Made by a program: the position numbers and the translations under genes. The notes under the pieces were generated by a model. It saw only the letters and a program-made list of their open reading frames with translations, was not told where the DNA came from and did no database searches. Positions 9,423 to 17,944 of a DNA stretch of 30,278 bases are shown here, piece by piece (positions within the stretch are counted from its first letter, which is position 1; every line of letters starts with the position of its first letter). The DNA lies in the NCBI GenBank assembly GCA_036339875.1, contig JAYZAC010000145.1, forward strand, positions 1 through 30,278, in the 5' to 3' direction. This DNA comes from a bacterium (GTDB taxonomy: Bacteria; Muiribacteriota; UBA6191).

Positions 9423-9806
9423 ATGAACGAAAAAACTTTTAGATTTACGAAGGATCACGAATGGATTTCTATTCCCGAAGGGGGTATCTCGAAGGTAGGT
9501 ATTTCTAATCATGCGCAAGCTGAATTAGGAGATATTGTTTATATTGAACTACCTGAGCCACCAACTGATTTAACTAAGGGTGATTCAGCTGCAACTGTTG
9601 AATCTGTGAAGGCAGCGAGTGATGTTTATGCGCCAGTCGGTGGAATCATTCAGGAAGTAAATGAGGACTTAGAGGATAATCCGTCGATATTGAATGAGAG
9701 TCCTTATCAAAATGGTTGGTTATTCAGTATTAAGGTAGAAGACGAGAGCGAAATCCAAGACTTAATGGATTATGATTCATATCAAGCTTATTTAGAGGAA
9801 CTCTGA
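9423..9806 (+). CDS. gcvH: Glycine cleavage system H protein
   Basis: FTKDHEW, GISNHAQAELGDIVY, lipoyl-lysine motif VESVKAASDV, NESPYQNGW; SD GAGG. Confidence 0.97.
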   Translation: MNEKTFRFTKDHEWISIPEGGISKVGISNHAQAELGDIVYIELPEPPTDLTKGDSAATVESVKAASDVYAPVGGIIQEVNEDLEDNPSILNESPYQNGWLFSIKVEDESEIQDLMDYDSYQAYLEEL

Positions 9807-9812
9807 GTTAGT

Positions 9813-10646
9813 ATGAGGGTATTGATTTCCCCTGATGAATTACAATTTTCAGGGGATGGTGCTTTTAATATGGCACTGGATAAAGTTTTGTTTGAGGCCA
9901 ATGACTATCAGAACCTACCGATTCTAAGGTTTTATTGCTTCGATAATGCCACGATTACGATTCCCATCCGATACGATGGTGAGGATTTGTGCCCCAGAAA
10001 GATCGCGTTCGATGACGTAAAGTTGAGTCGCAGAATTAGTGGTGGTAAGTACCTTCTTCATCAGTTGGGACTGACCTATGCTCTGTTCATACCCAAAGCT
10101 CATCCCAGTATTGTTGGGCTTGGCCTCAGAGAATCCTATCGCAGACTAAGTTTTCCCATATTAACCGCGCTTAAAAACTCTAATAGGTCTGTGAATTTTC
10201 TAAGCTGTACAACTGGAATTAAGCAAAATAAGGATTGTGCTATGGATACTGAGGTGGAATCCATGGGAATAAATGGAGTTAAATTCGTTGGTGCTGCACA
10301 AAAACGAGGTAGGCACTCATTAATCCAGCATGGTGAAATACAGTTAATATCATCTCAAATAGGTTTGGGGCATTATTTGCGTAATGGTAGTGCCAAAGAA
10401 ACCGTAGGACTTGACACAAAGATTAATTTGACCAATTTTAAGTCTTCTAAAAAATTAGTTTGTCAACCCAAGCCAAGTATTGAAGGCAATCGAAGATCGG
10501 TTTACTATCTGAGGGAAAAAGTAGCCTCTGACATACTGCTTGAATTCGAAAAAGTATTTGGTGAAAGTAACTATCATCAGCTAGAATCCACCCTCATCAA
10601 TCGAGCTGTTGCGTGTCGCAAAGATTTCGATATTGTAATGAAGTGA
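9813..10646 (+). CDS. Lipoate-protein ligase / octanoyltransferase family protein (LipM/LplA-like catalytic domain only)
   Basis: NMALD, ILRFY, RRISGG, KFVGAAQ (catalytic Lys), QHGEI; 6 bp downstream of gcvH. Confidence 0.85.
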   Translation: MRVLISPDELQFSGDGAFNMALDKVLFEANDYQNLPILRFYCFDNATITIPIRYDGEDLCPRKIAFDDVKLSRRISGGKYLLHQLGLTYALFIPKAHPSIVGLGLRESYRRLSFPILTALKNSNRSVNFLSCTTGIKQNKDCAMDTEVESMGINGVKFVGAAQKRGRHSLIQHGEIQLISSQIGLGHYLRNGSAKETVGLDTKINLTNFKSSKKLVCQPKPSIEGNRRSVYYLREKVASDILLEFEKVFGESNYHQLESTLINRAVACRKDFDIVMK

Positions 10647-10700
10647 TGTATTTTTCAAGTTTTCCTGTAAGCAGCCAACTCTAAAATCAAGGATTAGAAT

Positions 10701-10871
10701 ATGACAGAGAGTAAGTTGGACCCGAGTGAACTCCTGATTGTTAAGCACCCAGAGCAGGAGTTTGAAGAGTATGTAAAGAAACAAGTTCAAATTCACAGTA
10801 AATTTGAAGATGACGATTTAGACCTATATTTTGAAGCTCTAGAAGCAGGTAAAGAATTGTTGAAGGGCTAA
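10701..10871 (+). CDS. Small acidic 56-aa protein (not in the ORF track) resembling the C-terminal Rad50-binding helices of Mre11/SbcD/YhaO nucleases
   Basis: ATG 10701 to TAA 10871 reads MTESKLDPSELLIVKHPEQEFEEYVKKQVQIHSKFEDDDLDLYFEALEAGKELLKG. AAGGA RBS upstream; ends 4 bp before the ATPase ATG; fills the otherwise empty gap. Confidence 0.8.
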   Translation: MTESKLDPSELLIVKHPEQEFEEYVKKQVQIHSKFEDDDLDLYFEALEAGKELLKG

Positions 10872-10875
10872 ATAA

Positions 10876-13605
10876 ATGATTATTCTAAATATTTATGCAC
10901 GAAACTTCATGAAGTATGAGGAACTTCGTATTCGAGAGATTCCTCGTAAAGGAATAGTAGGGATAGTAGGTGATAACGAGTCTGGCAAATCAACTATTTT
11001 AGAGGCTATTACCTGCAGTATTTTTGGTCGCACTGTGAAGGTACAAGAAGACAGTATCGTACGCTTAATCCATTGGAGAGGCTCTGAAATGGAAATTAGG
11101 CTAAGTTTCGAATTAAACGACCAGCAGTACAGAGTTTGGCGTCGTTATGATCGAGAGGGAGGAAAAGAAGCAATTCTTTATCGAGTCGTAGATGATCGCG
11201 AAGAAATACTAAAAGAAGGTTTAGGACCTGTAGACTCGCATCTTAGCGGTTTATTTCCAATTGACTTTGATGTATACCGACAAAGCTTTTATTTGGGGCA
11301 GAAGGAACTATCTAACTTATATGAAAAAAGAGTTCCTAATTCACTTGACTTGATGGATCAAATGACTGGATTGGGTAGGCTCAAAGGTGCTCATCAAAAG
11401 GTTACTGATCAATTACCTGAAGTAATGTCTGAAATCATTGATCTCGAAAAAAAACAATCGATTATCCAAGTCAAAATAGAGAGTCTTCAAGAAAGACTTG
11501 ACGAAAGAGAAGGGATTGAGTCTGACTTACAAAGACAGCAAGAACGTTATGAAGAGGTTCATCAACAACGTAAGACAGAAGAGATGAAAGTTTCTACGCA
11601 AGAACGTTTTCGTCAGGATTTACAACGTTTAATTCAGAGTTTTTCTGATTTAAGAAAAAATTATTTGGGATATGAATACAAGCGACGTTTAAAGATCGCT
11701 GGTATAAGGTTTCAAAAGTTGTACTATGGTCTTAGAAATCGAATATCGGAACTACAGAATGAAGAATGTAGGCTGCGCGAACTCTGCGATGAAAAAGAGA
11801 AACAGTTTGAGGTTTCACAAGAAATCTTCAGAGAATTGAAGGCCATCCAATGTCTGGTTCAAGATCGCCTAGAACAGCTGAATAGTAATTCACAGAGTAA
11901 TTTCGGTAGCGAGAATATGAAATCATATTTTTCTCCGTCGACTCTCAAAGAACGAGAAGTACTCGCAAAGCATCAATTGCAGGAGCACCGCGATCAAAAT
12001 GTGTCTTTGGTTAGTAGCTTTAGAATGATGGGTACAGTTTTAACTATATTGACCTTATCAATAGTTGTTTGGGTTCTAAATCAAGACTTTCAATCGGGTG
12101 CGGAGTTTGCATCTCGATTTCAGACTCTTGATCCAATGTTTCAGATAGGTATGATTCTTTTTACGGTGCCTTTAATAGCTCTTTTGAGCTGGTTTATGTA
12201 TTCGACAAATCAAGAAATTAATGTCAGCAAAGAAGCTATCAATAAATTAACATTCAACTTGAAAGGTATTCAGCATGATATTAATCAAGAAATCGAGGAA
12301 GTAGAGAAATTAAGAACATTTGATTTGAATAGAATAAGAGGTTTTGAAACCTTATCTGATCTACGAATTAGTTTCAAATATGAGCCTCTGCGAAGAAGAT
12401 TGTGTCTTTTGGTTGATAGTTTTCAGGATAGAAAAGAACTATTTCAGGTTGGTTTGGAGCAGTTCCGAGCTTTCCAAGATGATATAGAGGGCGAAGTAAG
12501 AAAACTTAAAAAAACTCTTATAGAATTGGATCATCATTCGCACGTTTCTAAGCAATATGCCAGTCTTAGTGCTGAAATTGATTCATGGTCTTTTGTTGAA
12601 AAGACTGATGAGACTTTAGCTAGTGAGGATTTTTCAAGTACTATATTCGCAGCCTCTACATCGGTAGCAAGGTTAAAAGAGCTCTTGAAAGGTGATTTTA
12701 GTAAAGAGGAAATTCACTTTACAACTTCATTGAATGACTATAACGAACTCAAGAATCGTTTAGCATCTGATTACGATGATTCTAGCCTCCTTCCTGATAT
12801 CTGGGATAAGAAAAGGCTAGAATGGGATTGGGATGAAAGTTCAATGATTGATATCGAACTAGATGTTTTTCTGGATAAAATGAGTTGGTTGGATGAGCAA
12901 AGCGAGTATCTCCTGAATTTACGTACCTCATGGTTTGAGAAATTTCAGAAAAATAAAGAATCTTTACTCAATGAGGAGTTCGACGAAAAAGCTTCCTCGC
13001 AAAGAATTCGTATCATGGAGGAAACGATTTCGAAATTGAATAATGTAGCTCAACAGAAAGACGAACTCTCAAATAATCTTGACGAAACAAATGGTCAACT
13101 TCAAGACACTCGTAAGGAACAGAATAAATTACGTCTCTTGGAGAAATTATTTAGGGGAACCATTGAATCGGTTCAGGCGCGTCTAAGTCCAAATCTAGCG
13201 CGATTCATCGGAGCAATACTTCCAGAAATTACGGAGCAGCGTTATGGTCGTGTTCGAGTCAGCCACGACCTTCAAATAGAAGTGTATTCTCCAGATAAAG
13301 AAGGATACATAGATTTTACATCATTATCTGGTGGTACTGCAGATCAATTACTTATATGTCTACGCTTGGCATTTGCAACTTCTTTGGTTCAGAGCACATT
13401 CCATGAAAATTACGAACAGTTTCTATGCTTGGATGAACCTTTACATGCTTTTGATAGTAAACGCGCTTTGACTTTTTTAGAGATGGTTATGAAGTTTAAT
13501 CCAAATTTTCAGCAGGTTTTTTTGATTACTCATAATGCAAATCTTTTCAGTCACTTTGATAGAGTTCTAGAAGCAAATATTGAAACTGCTTCACTTGATA
13601 TATAG
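10876..13605 (+). CDS. Rad50/SbcC-like (YhaN-type) SMC-family ATPase with a central two-helix transmembrane hairpin
   Basis: ARNF, Walker A GDNESGKST, Q-loop FYLGQ, long coiled coils, signature LSGG, Walker B/D-loop LCLDEPLHAFD, H-switch LITH. Hydrophobic helices at aa ~384-401 and ~421-442. No CxxC hook. Confidence 0.88.
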   Translation: MIILNIYARNFMKYEELRIREIPRKGIVGIVGDNESGKSTILEAITCSIFGRTVKVQEDSIVRLIHWRGSEMEIRLSFELNDQQYRVWRRYDREGGKEAILYRVVDDREEILKEGLGPVDSHLSGLFPIDFDVYRQSFYLGQKELSNLYEKRVPNSLDLMDQMTGLGRLKGAHQKVTDQLPEVMSEIIDLEKKQSIIQVKIESLQERLDEREGIESDLQRQQERYEEVHQQRKTEEMKVSTQERFRQDLQRLIQSFSDLRKNYLGYEYKRRLKIAGIRFQKLYYGLRNRISELQNEECRLRELCDEKEKQFEVSQEIFRELKAIQCLVQDRLEQLNSNSQSNFGSENMKSYFSPSTLKEREVLAKHQLQEHRDQNVSLVSSFRMMGTVLTILTLSIVVWVLNQDFQSGAEFASRFQTLDPMFQIGMILFTVPLIALLSWFMYSTNQEINVSKEAINKLTFNLKGIQHDINQEIEEVEKLRTFDLNRIRGFETLSDLRISFKYEPLRRRLCLLVDSFQDRKELFQVGLEQFRAFQDDIEGEVRKLKKTLIELDHHSHVSKQYASLSAEIDSWSFVEKTDETLASEDFSSTIFAASTSVARLKELLKGDFSKEEIHFTTSLNDYNELKNRLASDYDDSSLLPDIWDKKRLEWDWDESSMIDIELDVFLDKMSWLDEQSEYLLNLRTSWFEKFQKNKESLLNEEFDEKASSQRIRIMEETISKLNNVAQQKDELSNNLDETNGQLQDTRKEQNKLRLLEKLFRGTIESVQARLSPNLARFIGAILPEITEQRYGRVRVSHDLQIEVYSPDKEGYIDFTSLSGGTADQLLICLRLAFATSLVQSTFHENYEQFLCLDEPLHAFDSKRALTFLEMVMKFNPNFQQVFLITHNANLFSHFDRVLEANIETASLDI

Positions 13606-13613
13606 GTGAACGA

Positions 13614-15380
13614 TTGCAATCTTCTAAAATCCCACGAGAAGTAATTCAGGAGATTCTTGAAACTGCGGATATTGTGGAGGTTATATCCGGACATGTCGCG
13701 CTTAAAAAAGCGGGAAGTAATTATCGCGGTTTATGTCCTTTCCATAATGAGAAAACTCCATCTTTCAACGTAAATCCGTCTAAGCGTATTTTCAAATGCT
13801 TTGGTTGCGGAGAAGGTGGAGATGTAATTCAGTTTAAGATGAAAATAGAAAATAAGAACTTTCCAACTGTAGTTAAAGAACTAGCAGAGCACATGGGCAT
13901 TGTATGGGATGTTGCGGAGCAGGGACAAATAGCACAAATGCTTAAACTCCATAACCTGGCTGGAAGTTTTTTTAAGAGACAGCTTGAACAGCATTCAATC
14001 GCATTGGATTACTTCAGTAGTAGAGGATTAACTGATGAAGTAATATCGAAATTTGAATTGGGGTATGCTCCCGATAGTTGGGACGCCCTGTTGAATTATT
14101 TACGTAATCAAATGGGTTTTTTTAATCGTGATTTATTCACAGAATCCGGTTTGTTTAGTAGTAACGAGAGAGGTAAGATTTTCGACAGATTTAGACAGAG
14201 AGTTATCTTTCCAATTCACAATCATCGTAATCAAATTATCGCTTTTGGCGGAAGAGTTCTCAACAACAGCGAAAAAACTGCTAAGTATTTGAATAGTCCA
14301 GATTCACCACTCTTTGAGAAAGGTCGAGTCCTTTACAATTTGAATCGAGTTGCAGGATATGGTCAGTTTAATGAGGTGATAGTGGTTGAAGGTTACATGG
14401 ATGTAATTGCATTAGATCAGTTCGGTATCCCTAATGTTGTTGCGCCTTTAGGAACAGGTTTCACAAAGCAGCAGGTGACTCTTTTAGAGGAAAGATTTGA
14501 TAAAGTAATTTTACTTTTTGACGGCGATAATGCAGGGGGCACTGCTACCTTAAGAGCATTAGAGCGTTTAATTGATTCAAGCCTTATAGTTTTAGCAGTT
14601 AGACTTGAAGAAGGTATGGACCCCATGGATTTTGTAAAGATTCACGGTAGTGATAAACTTCGTCAAAAGCTGTCTGAGGCGTCAAACGCTTTGCGTTTTT
14701 ATTGTGAGGATGTATTGCGACAATATCCGGTTAAAGATAGAAAAAATAAGAAGATGGCATATGTGACGATTAGGGACTTTTTTAGAAAGTTAGACCCCAT
14801 ATTGTTAGTGGGCGATGATAGAATCAACGAGCCTAGTTTGGTTCACTATCTTTCAACGAGTTTTGATGTACAAGAGCAAATTATTAGAGATCAATTTTTT
14901 CCAGCTAGACAAAGTGCTGCGCAAGTTCCACAGAAATTACCTAAGAAAGAGCGACACTCTGAAGATTTATTAAGATTGATTTTGAGTGCTTTTAAAAATC
15001 AAGAAATTAGAAAAGCAGTAATTTCAGTTCTCACTCGCTCCGAAATTGAGGTCACACCCTATCTGATGTTGTGGAATTTACTTGTTGGTAAAGAAGTACC
15101 TAGTCTCCAAGAATTATCCCTTCATGTAGATAATGAAACGAGGCAACTATTAATTGATATGCAATGGGAAGAGACAGAATTTTTATATACAAATATTCAA
15201 GAGTGTGAAATTGCTCTTACAGAATACAAATTTCAGCAGGTTCAACAGAAGCTTGTCGAGGTCATGCAAAATCTTGCGAATCCCGCTTTAGGAGCAGATA
15301 AAAAGAGAGTTTTACAGGAAGAACGTATGTCTCTCACGCGAGAAAGAGGAAGGCTTATTGGTCTTAAATCTAGTCGATAA
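13614..15380 (+). CDS. dnaG: DNA primase
   Basis: Zn finger CPFHNEKTPSF...CFGC, KYLNSP, TOPRIM VEGYMDVI and FDGDNAG; TTG start after an AGGTG SD; upstream of rpoD. Confidence 0.97.
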   Translation: MQSSKIPREVIQEILETADIVEVISGHVALKKAGSNYRGLCPFHNEKTPSFNVNPSKRIFKCFGCGEGGDVIQFKMKIENKNFPTVVKELAEHMGIVWDVAEQGQIAQMLKLHNLAGSFFKRQLEQHSIALDYFSSRGLTDEVISKFELGYAPDSWDALLNYLRNQMGFFNRDLFTESGLFSSNERGKIFDRFRQRVIFPIHNHRNQIIAFGGRVLNNSEKTAKYLNSPDSPLFEKGRVLYNLNRVAGYGQFNEVIVVEGYMDVIALDQFGIPNVVAPLGTGFTKQQVTLLEERFDKVILLFDGDNAGGTATLRALERLIDSSLIVLAVRLEEGMDPMDFVKIHGSDKLRQKLSEASNALRFYCEDVLRQYPVKDRKNKKMAYVTIRDFFRKLDPILLVGDDRINEPSLVHYLSTSFDVQEQIIRDQFFPARQSAAQVPQKLPKKERHSEDLLRLILSAFKNQEIRKAVISVLTRSEIEVTPYLMLWNLLVGKEVPSLQELSLHVDNETRQLLIDMQWEETEFLYTNIQECEIALTEYKFQQVQQKLVEVMQNLANPALGADKKRVLQEERMSLTRERGRLIGLKSSR

Positions 15381-15427
15381 ATCTATCTCAAGTCCCAATA
15401 TGCAAGAATTTCATAAGATTTTCTGTA

Positions 15428-15504
15428 ACTTTTTGATTAAAAAGTAGTCCAATTAACAGTAGTGGAACTTAGGGCTTGAAAAAAAGGTCAGCATAGTATA
15501 TACA
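15428..15504 (+). promoter_or_regulatory. Possible internal rpoD promoter with an upstream inverted repeat
   Basis: ACTTTTT-GATT-AAAAAGT dyad at 15428-15445; TTGAAA (15476-15481) followed by 17 bp and TATACA (15499-15504), an imperfect -10. Confidence 0.35.
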
Positions 15505-15535
15505 CGAGATTCGTTTTTAATAGCAGGGGTTTAGT

Positions 15536-16687
15536 ATGTCCAAAGAAGTTGAGCGAGAAGAAGAAGAAGTTGTCGAAGAGGAAGCGCCGGACTATTCAGC
15601 AGAAGAAAAGTATGAACCTGATTTTGAAGATGCTGCTGCGGTTAAGGAAAAGGATACAACAACTAATAATTCCAGTATTCAAGATGCGTCAGACATAAAC
15701 GAGGTGATTTCTTATTTACAGCAGGCTCGTAATTATCGTGGCCCCGGAATGGTTGAAGACAATGATGCTATGGGACCTACCGATTTGGAGATGAAGAAGA
15801 TCTACGAAGAGGAAAAAGAAGAGAAGACGGAGAAGCCTAAGGAAGACGATGGTCTCAAGTACGATGACTCAGTGAAAATTTATTTGAAAGAAATAGGCTC
15901 GATTCCACTACTAACCGTTGAAGAAGAGATTGCACTTGCTAAACGGATTGAAAAACATGACAAACAAGCCATGGCTAAATTGATCCAAGCGAACTTGAGA
16001 CTAGTAGTATCGGTAGCAAAGAAATATACCAAGCGTGGTTTACATTTTCTTGATTTAATTCAAGAAGGTAATCAGGGTCTAATTAGAGCAGTAGAAAAAT
16101 TCAAGTATAAAAAGGGTTTCAAGTTCTCGACTTATGCGATCTGGTGGATTCGACAGGCTATTACAAGAGCTATTGCCGATCAGGCAAGGACAATTCGAAT
16201 ACCCGTTCACATGGTTGAGACGATCAATAAGGTAAGGAAAGTCGCTAGAATACTTACCCAAAAACTTGGGCGTGAACCCAGTTGTGAAGAGATAGCTGAA
16301 GAACTTGCAATGACACCAGAGAAGGTTAAAGGCATTCTTAAGACTGCTATGGATCCAATCTCATTGGAGACTCCTATAAATGGCGAAAATGATTCCAGTC
16401 TTGGTGATTTTGTTGAGGATAAGCAGGTGATGGAGCCAGTTCGAAGTGCTTACAGTAATATGCTCAAAGAGCAGATTCATGAGGTGCTAAGTTCCTTGAC
16501 TGAGAGAGAGCATAAGGTTATTAATTATCGTTTTGGTCTTGAAGATGGCTGGCAAAGAACTTTAGAGGAAGTCGGGCAAAAATTTGGCGTGACTAGAGAG
16601 AGAATTCGTCAAATTGAAGCTAAGGCTCTTCGAAAATTAAGACATCCGTCTCGTAGTAAAAAACTTAAGGAATTCTATATTGACTAA
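15536..16687 (+). CDS. rpoD: Primary RNA polymerase sigma factor (RpoD/SigA)
   Basis: r1.2 [11 protein letters not shown], r2 [12 protein letters not shown]...DLIQEGN...[28 protein letters not shown], r4 [33 protein letters not shown]; directly after dnaG. Confidence 0.97.
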   Translation: MSKEVEREEEEVVEEEAPDYSAEEKYEPDFEDAAAVKEKDTTTNNSSIQDASDINEVISYLQQARNYRGPGMVEDNDAMGPTDLEMKKIYEEEKEEKTEKPKEDDGLKYDDSVKIYLKEIGSIPLLTVEEEIALAKRIEKHDKQAMAKLIQANLRLVVSVAKKYTKRGLHFLDLIQEGNQGLIRAVEKFKYKKGFKFSTYAIWWIRQAITRAIADQARTIRIPVHMVETINKVRKVARILTQKLGREPSCEEIAEELAMTPEKVKGILKTAMDPISLETPINGENDSSLGDFVEDKQVMEPVRSAYSNMLKEQIHEVLSSLTEREHKVINYRFGLEDGWQRTLEEVGQKFGVTRERIRQIEAKALRKLRHPSRSKKLKEFYID

Positions 16688-16690
16688 GTA

Positions 16691-17941
16691 TTGATCGTCG
16701 CGTCGGTGCGCATTAAGGGGAAGGTTTTTTTCTTGTCTTTCAACTCAGTGCCAAAGGAAGAACTGGTACAACTCGTCACCCGAAAAAGTGAGGAGATACA
16801 GGTTCTACGTGAAATCAGTAATCGTCTAAGTGGACATTTTGAAATTGACTCCTTGCTCAAGGAGATCATGAACTACACAAAAAAAATTCTGCGCTCCGAG
16901 GCATGCTCCTTACTTCTTGTGGATGAAGATAGTGAGAAGCTTTTCTTTTATGTAACTGATGATTCGGGTGCGGACCTAGAAGCTATTCGAATCGATAAAG
17001 GACAAGGCATCGTTGGCGCTGTATTTGAAAGCGGCGAATCTACTATTGTCAATAATGTTGAAGAGGACCCTAGATTTTTCGGTGGGGTGGACCAACAGAC
17101 GGGTTTTATAACAAAATCGTTAGTTTGCGTACCAATGTCAGTTGGAACTAATTGCATCGGGGTGGTTGAGGTATTAAATAGAATTGAAGGAAGCTACACT
17201 AAAGAAGATGTTGAGACACTAGAATCAATTGCTAGTCAGTCAGCTTTGGCTATCGAATATGTTCGTGCGAATGAAAAACGATCATTTGATGAGCGTCTGG
17301 CGGTTGTTGGTAATATGTCAGCTGCAATGGTTCATGATCTAAGAAATTCAATGCAAGTAATTTCAGGATTTTCACAATTAATTGCGATGGAGCAACCTCA
17401 ACAGAGAGAATATTGTGACGTTATTGGTCGTGAAATTGATAAATTGGTTCAGATGAGTCAAGAAATCTTGGAATTTGCTAGAGGTAGCAAAATTAGCTTG
17501 GACCCCGTACAGATAAGTTTAGGGTCATTTTTGAAAAGCATTCACAAGCTAAATATTGATAGAATGACTAAACACGGTTGCAGCTTCCGATTGAAACTAA
17601 ATAACGACGTGCAAGTGAATCTAGATGTGAATAAGATGCAGCGTGTGCTACAAAATATTTTGAATAACGCGATTGAAGCTTCAGTAGAATTTCGCGAAAT
17701 TACACTGGAGGGCGGATTAGTAGAGGGTATACCTCAAATAATAGTTAGAGATCGTGGAAAAGGTATGGATGATGATTCTCTAAATAAAATATTTAAACCT
17801 TTTTTCTCAAAAGGTAAATCGGGTGGTACCGGTTTGGGAATGGCGATTGTTAAAAATATTGTGGAGGGGCACAATGCCAGTATCACGGTAGCAAGTCAAA
17901 TATCTAAAGGTTCAGAGTTTGTAATTAAATTTAAAGAGTAG
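16691..17941 (+). CDS. Cytoplasmic GAF-domain sensor histidine kinase
   Basis: GAF (GQGIVGAVF, DPRF, SLVCVPM, IGVVEVLN), H-box VHDLRN, N-box NILNNA, DRGKG, FKPFFS, GTGLGM. No TM segment. The true start may be the TTG at 16733 after AAGGGGAAGG. Confidence 0.92.
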   Translation: MIVASVRIKGKVFFLSFNSVPKEELVQLVTRKSEEIQVLREISNRLSGHFEIDSLLKEIMNYTKKILRSEACSLLLVDEDSEKLFFYVTDDSGADLEAIRIDKGQGIVGAVFESGESTIVNNVEEDPRFFGGVDQQTGFITKSLVCVPMSVGTNCIGVVEVLNRIEGSYTKEDVETLESIASQSALAIEYVRANEKRSFDERLAVVGNMSAAMVHDLRNSMQVISGFSQLIAMEQPQQREYCDVIGREIDKLVQMSQEILEFARGSKISLDPVQISLGSFLKSIHKLNIDRMTKHGCSFRLKLNNDVQVNLDVNKMQRVLQNILNNAIEASVEFREITLEGGLVEGIPQIIVRDRGKGMDDDSLNKIFKPFFSKGKSGGTGLGMAIVKNIVEGHNASITVASQISKGSEFVIKFKE

Positions 17942-17944
17942 AAT

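Noticed and set aside
10581..10796. 71-aa minus-strand ORF
   Set aside because: Antisense to the ligase end and to the better supported 56-aa plus-strand ORF, which has an RBS and fits the operon.
10876..13605. Lamassu or Wadjet SMC-based defence system
   Set aside because: No effector, kleisin or JetD-like genes are adjacent, the context is housekeeping, and the central TM hairpin is not characteristic of those systems. It cannot be fully excluded without HMM searches.
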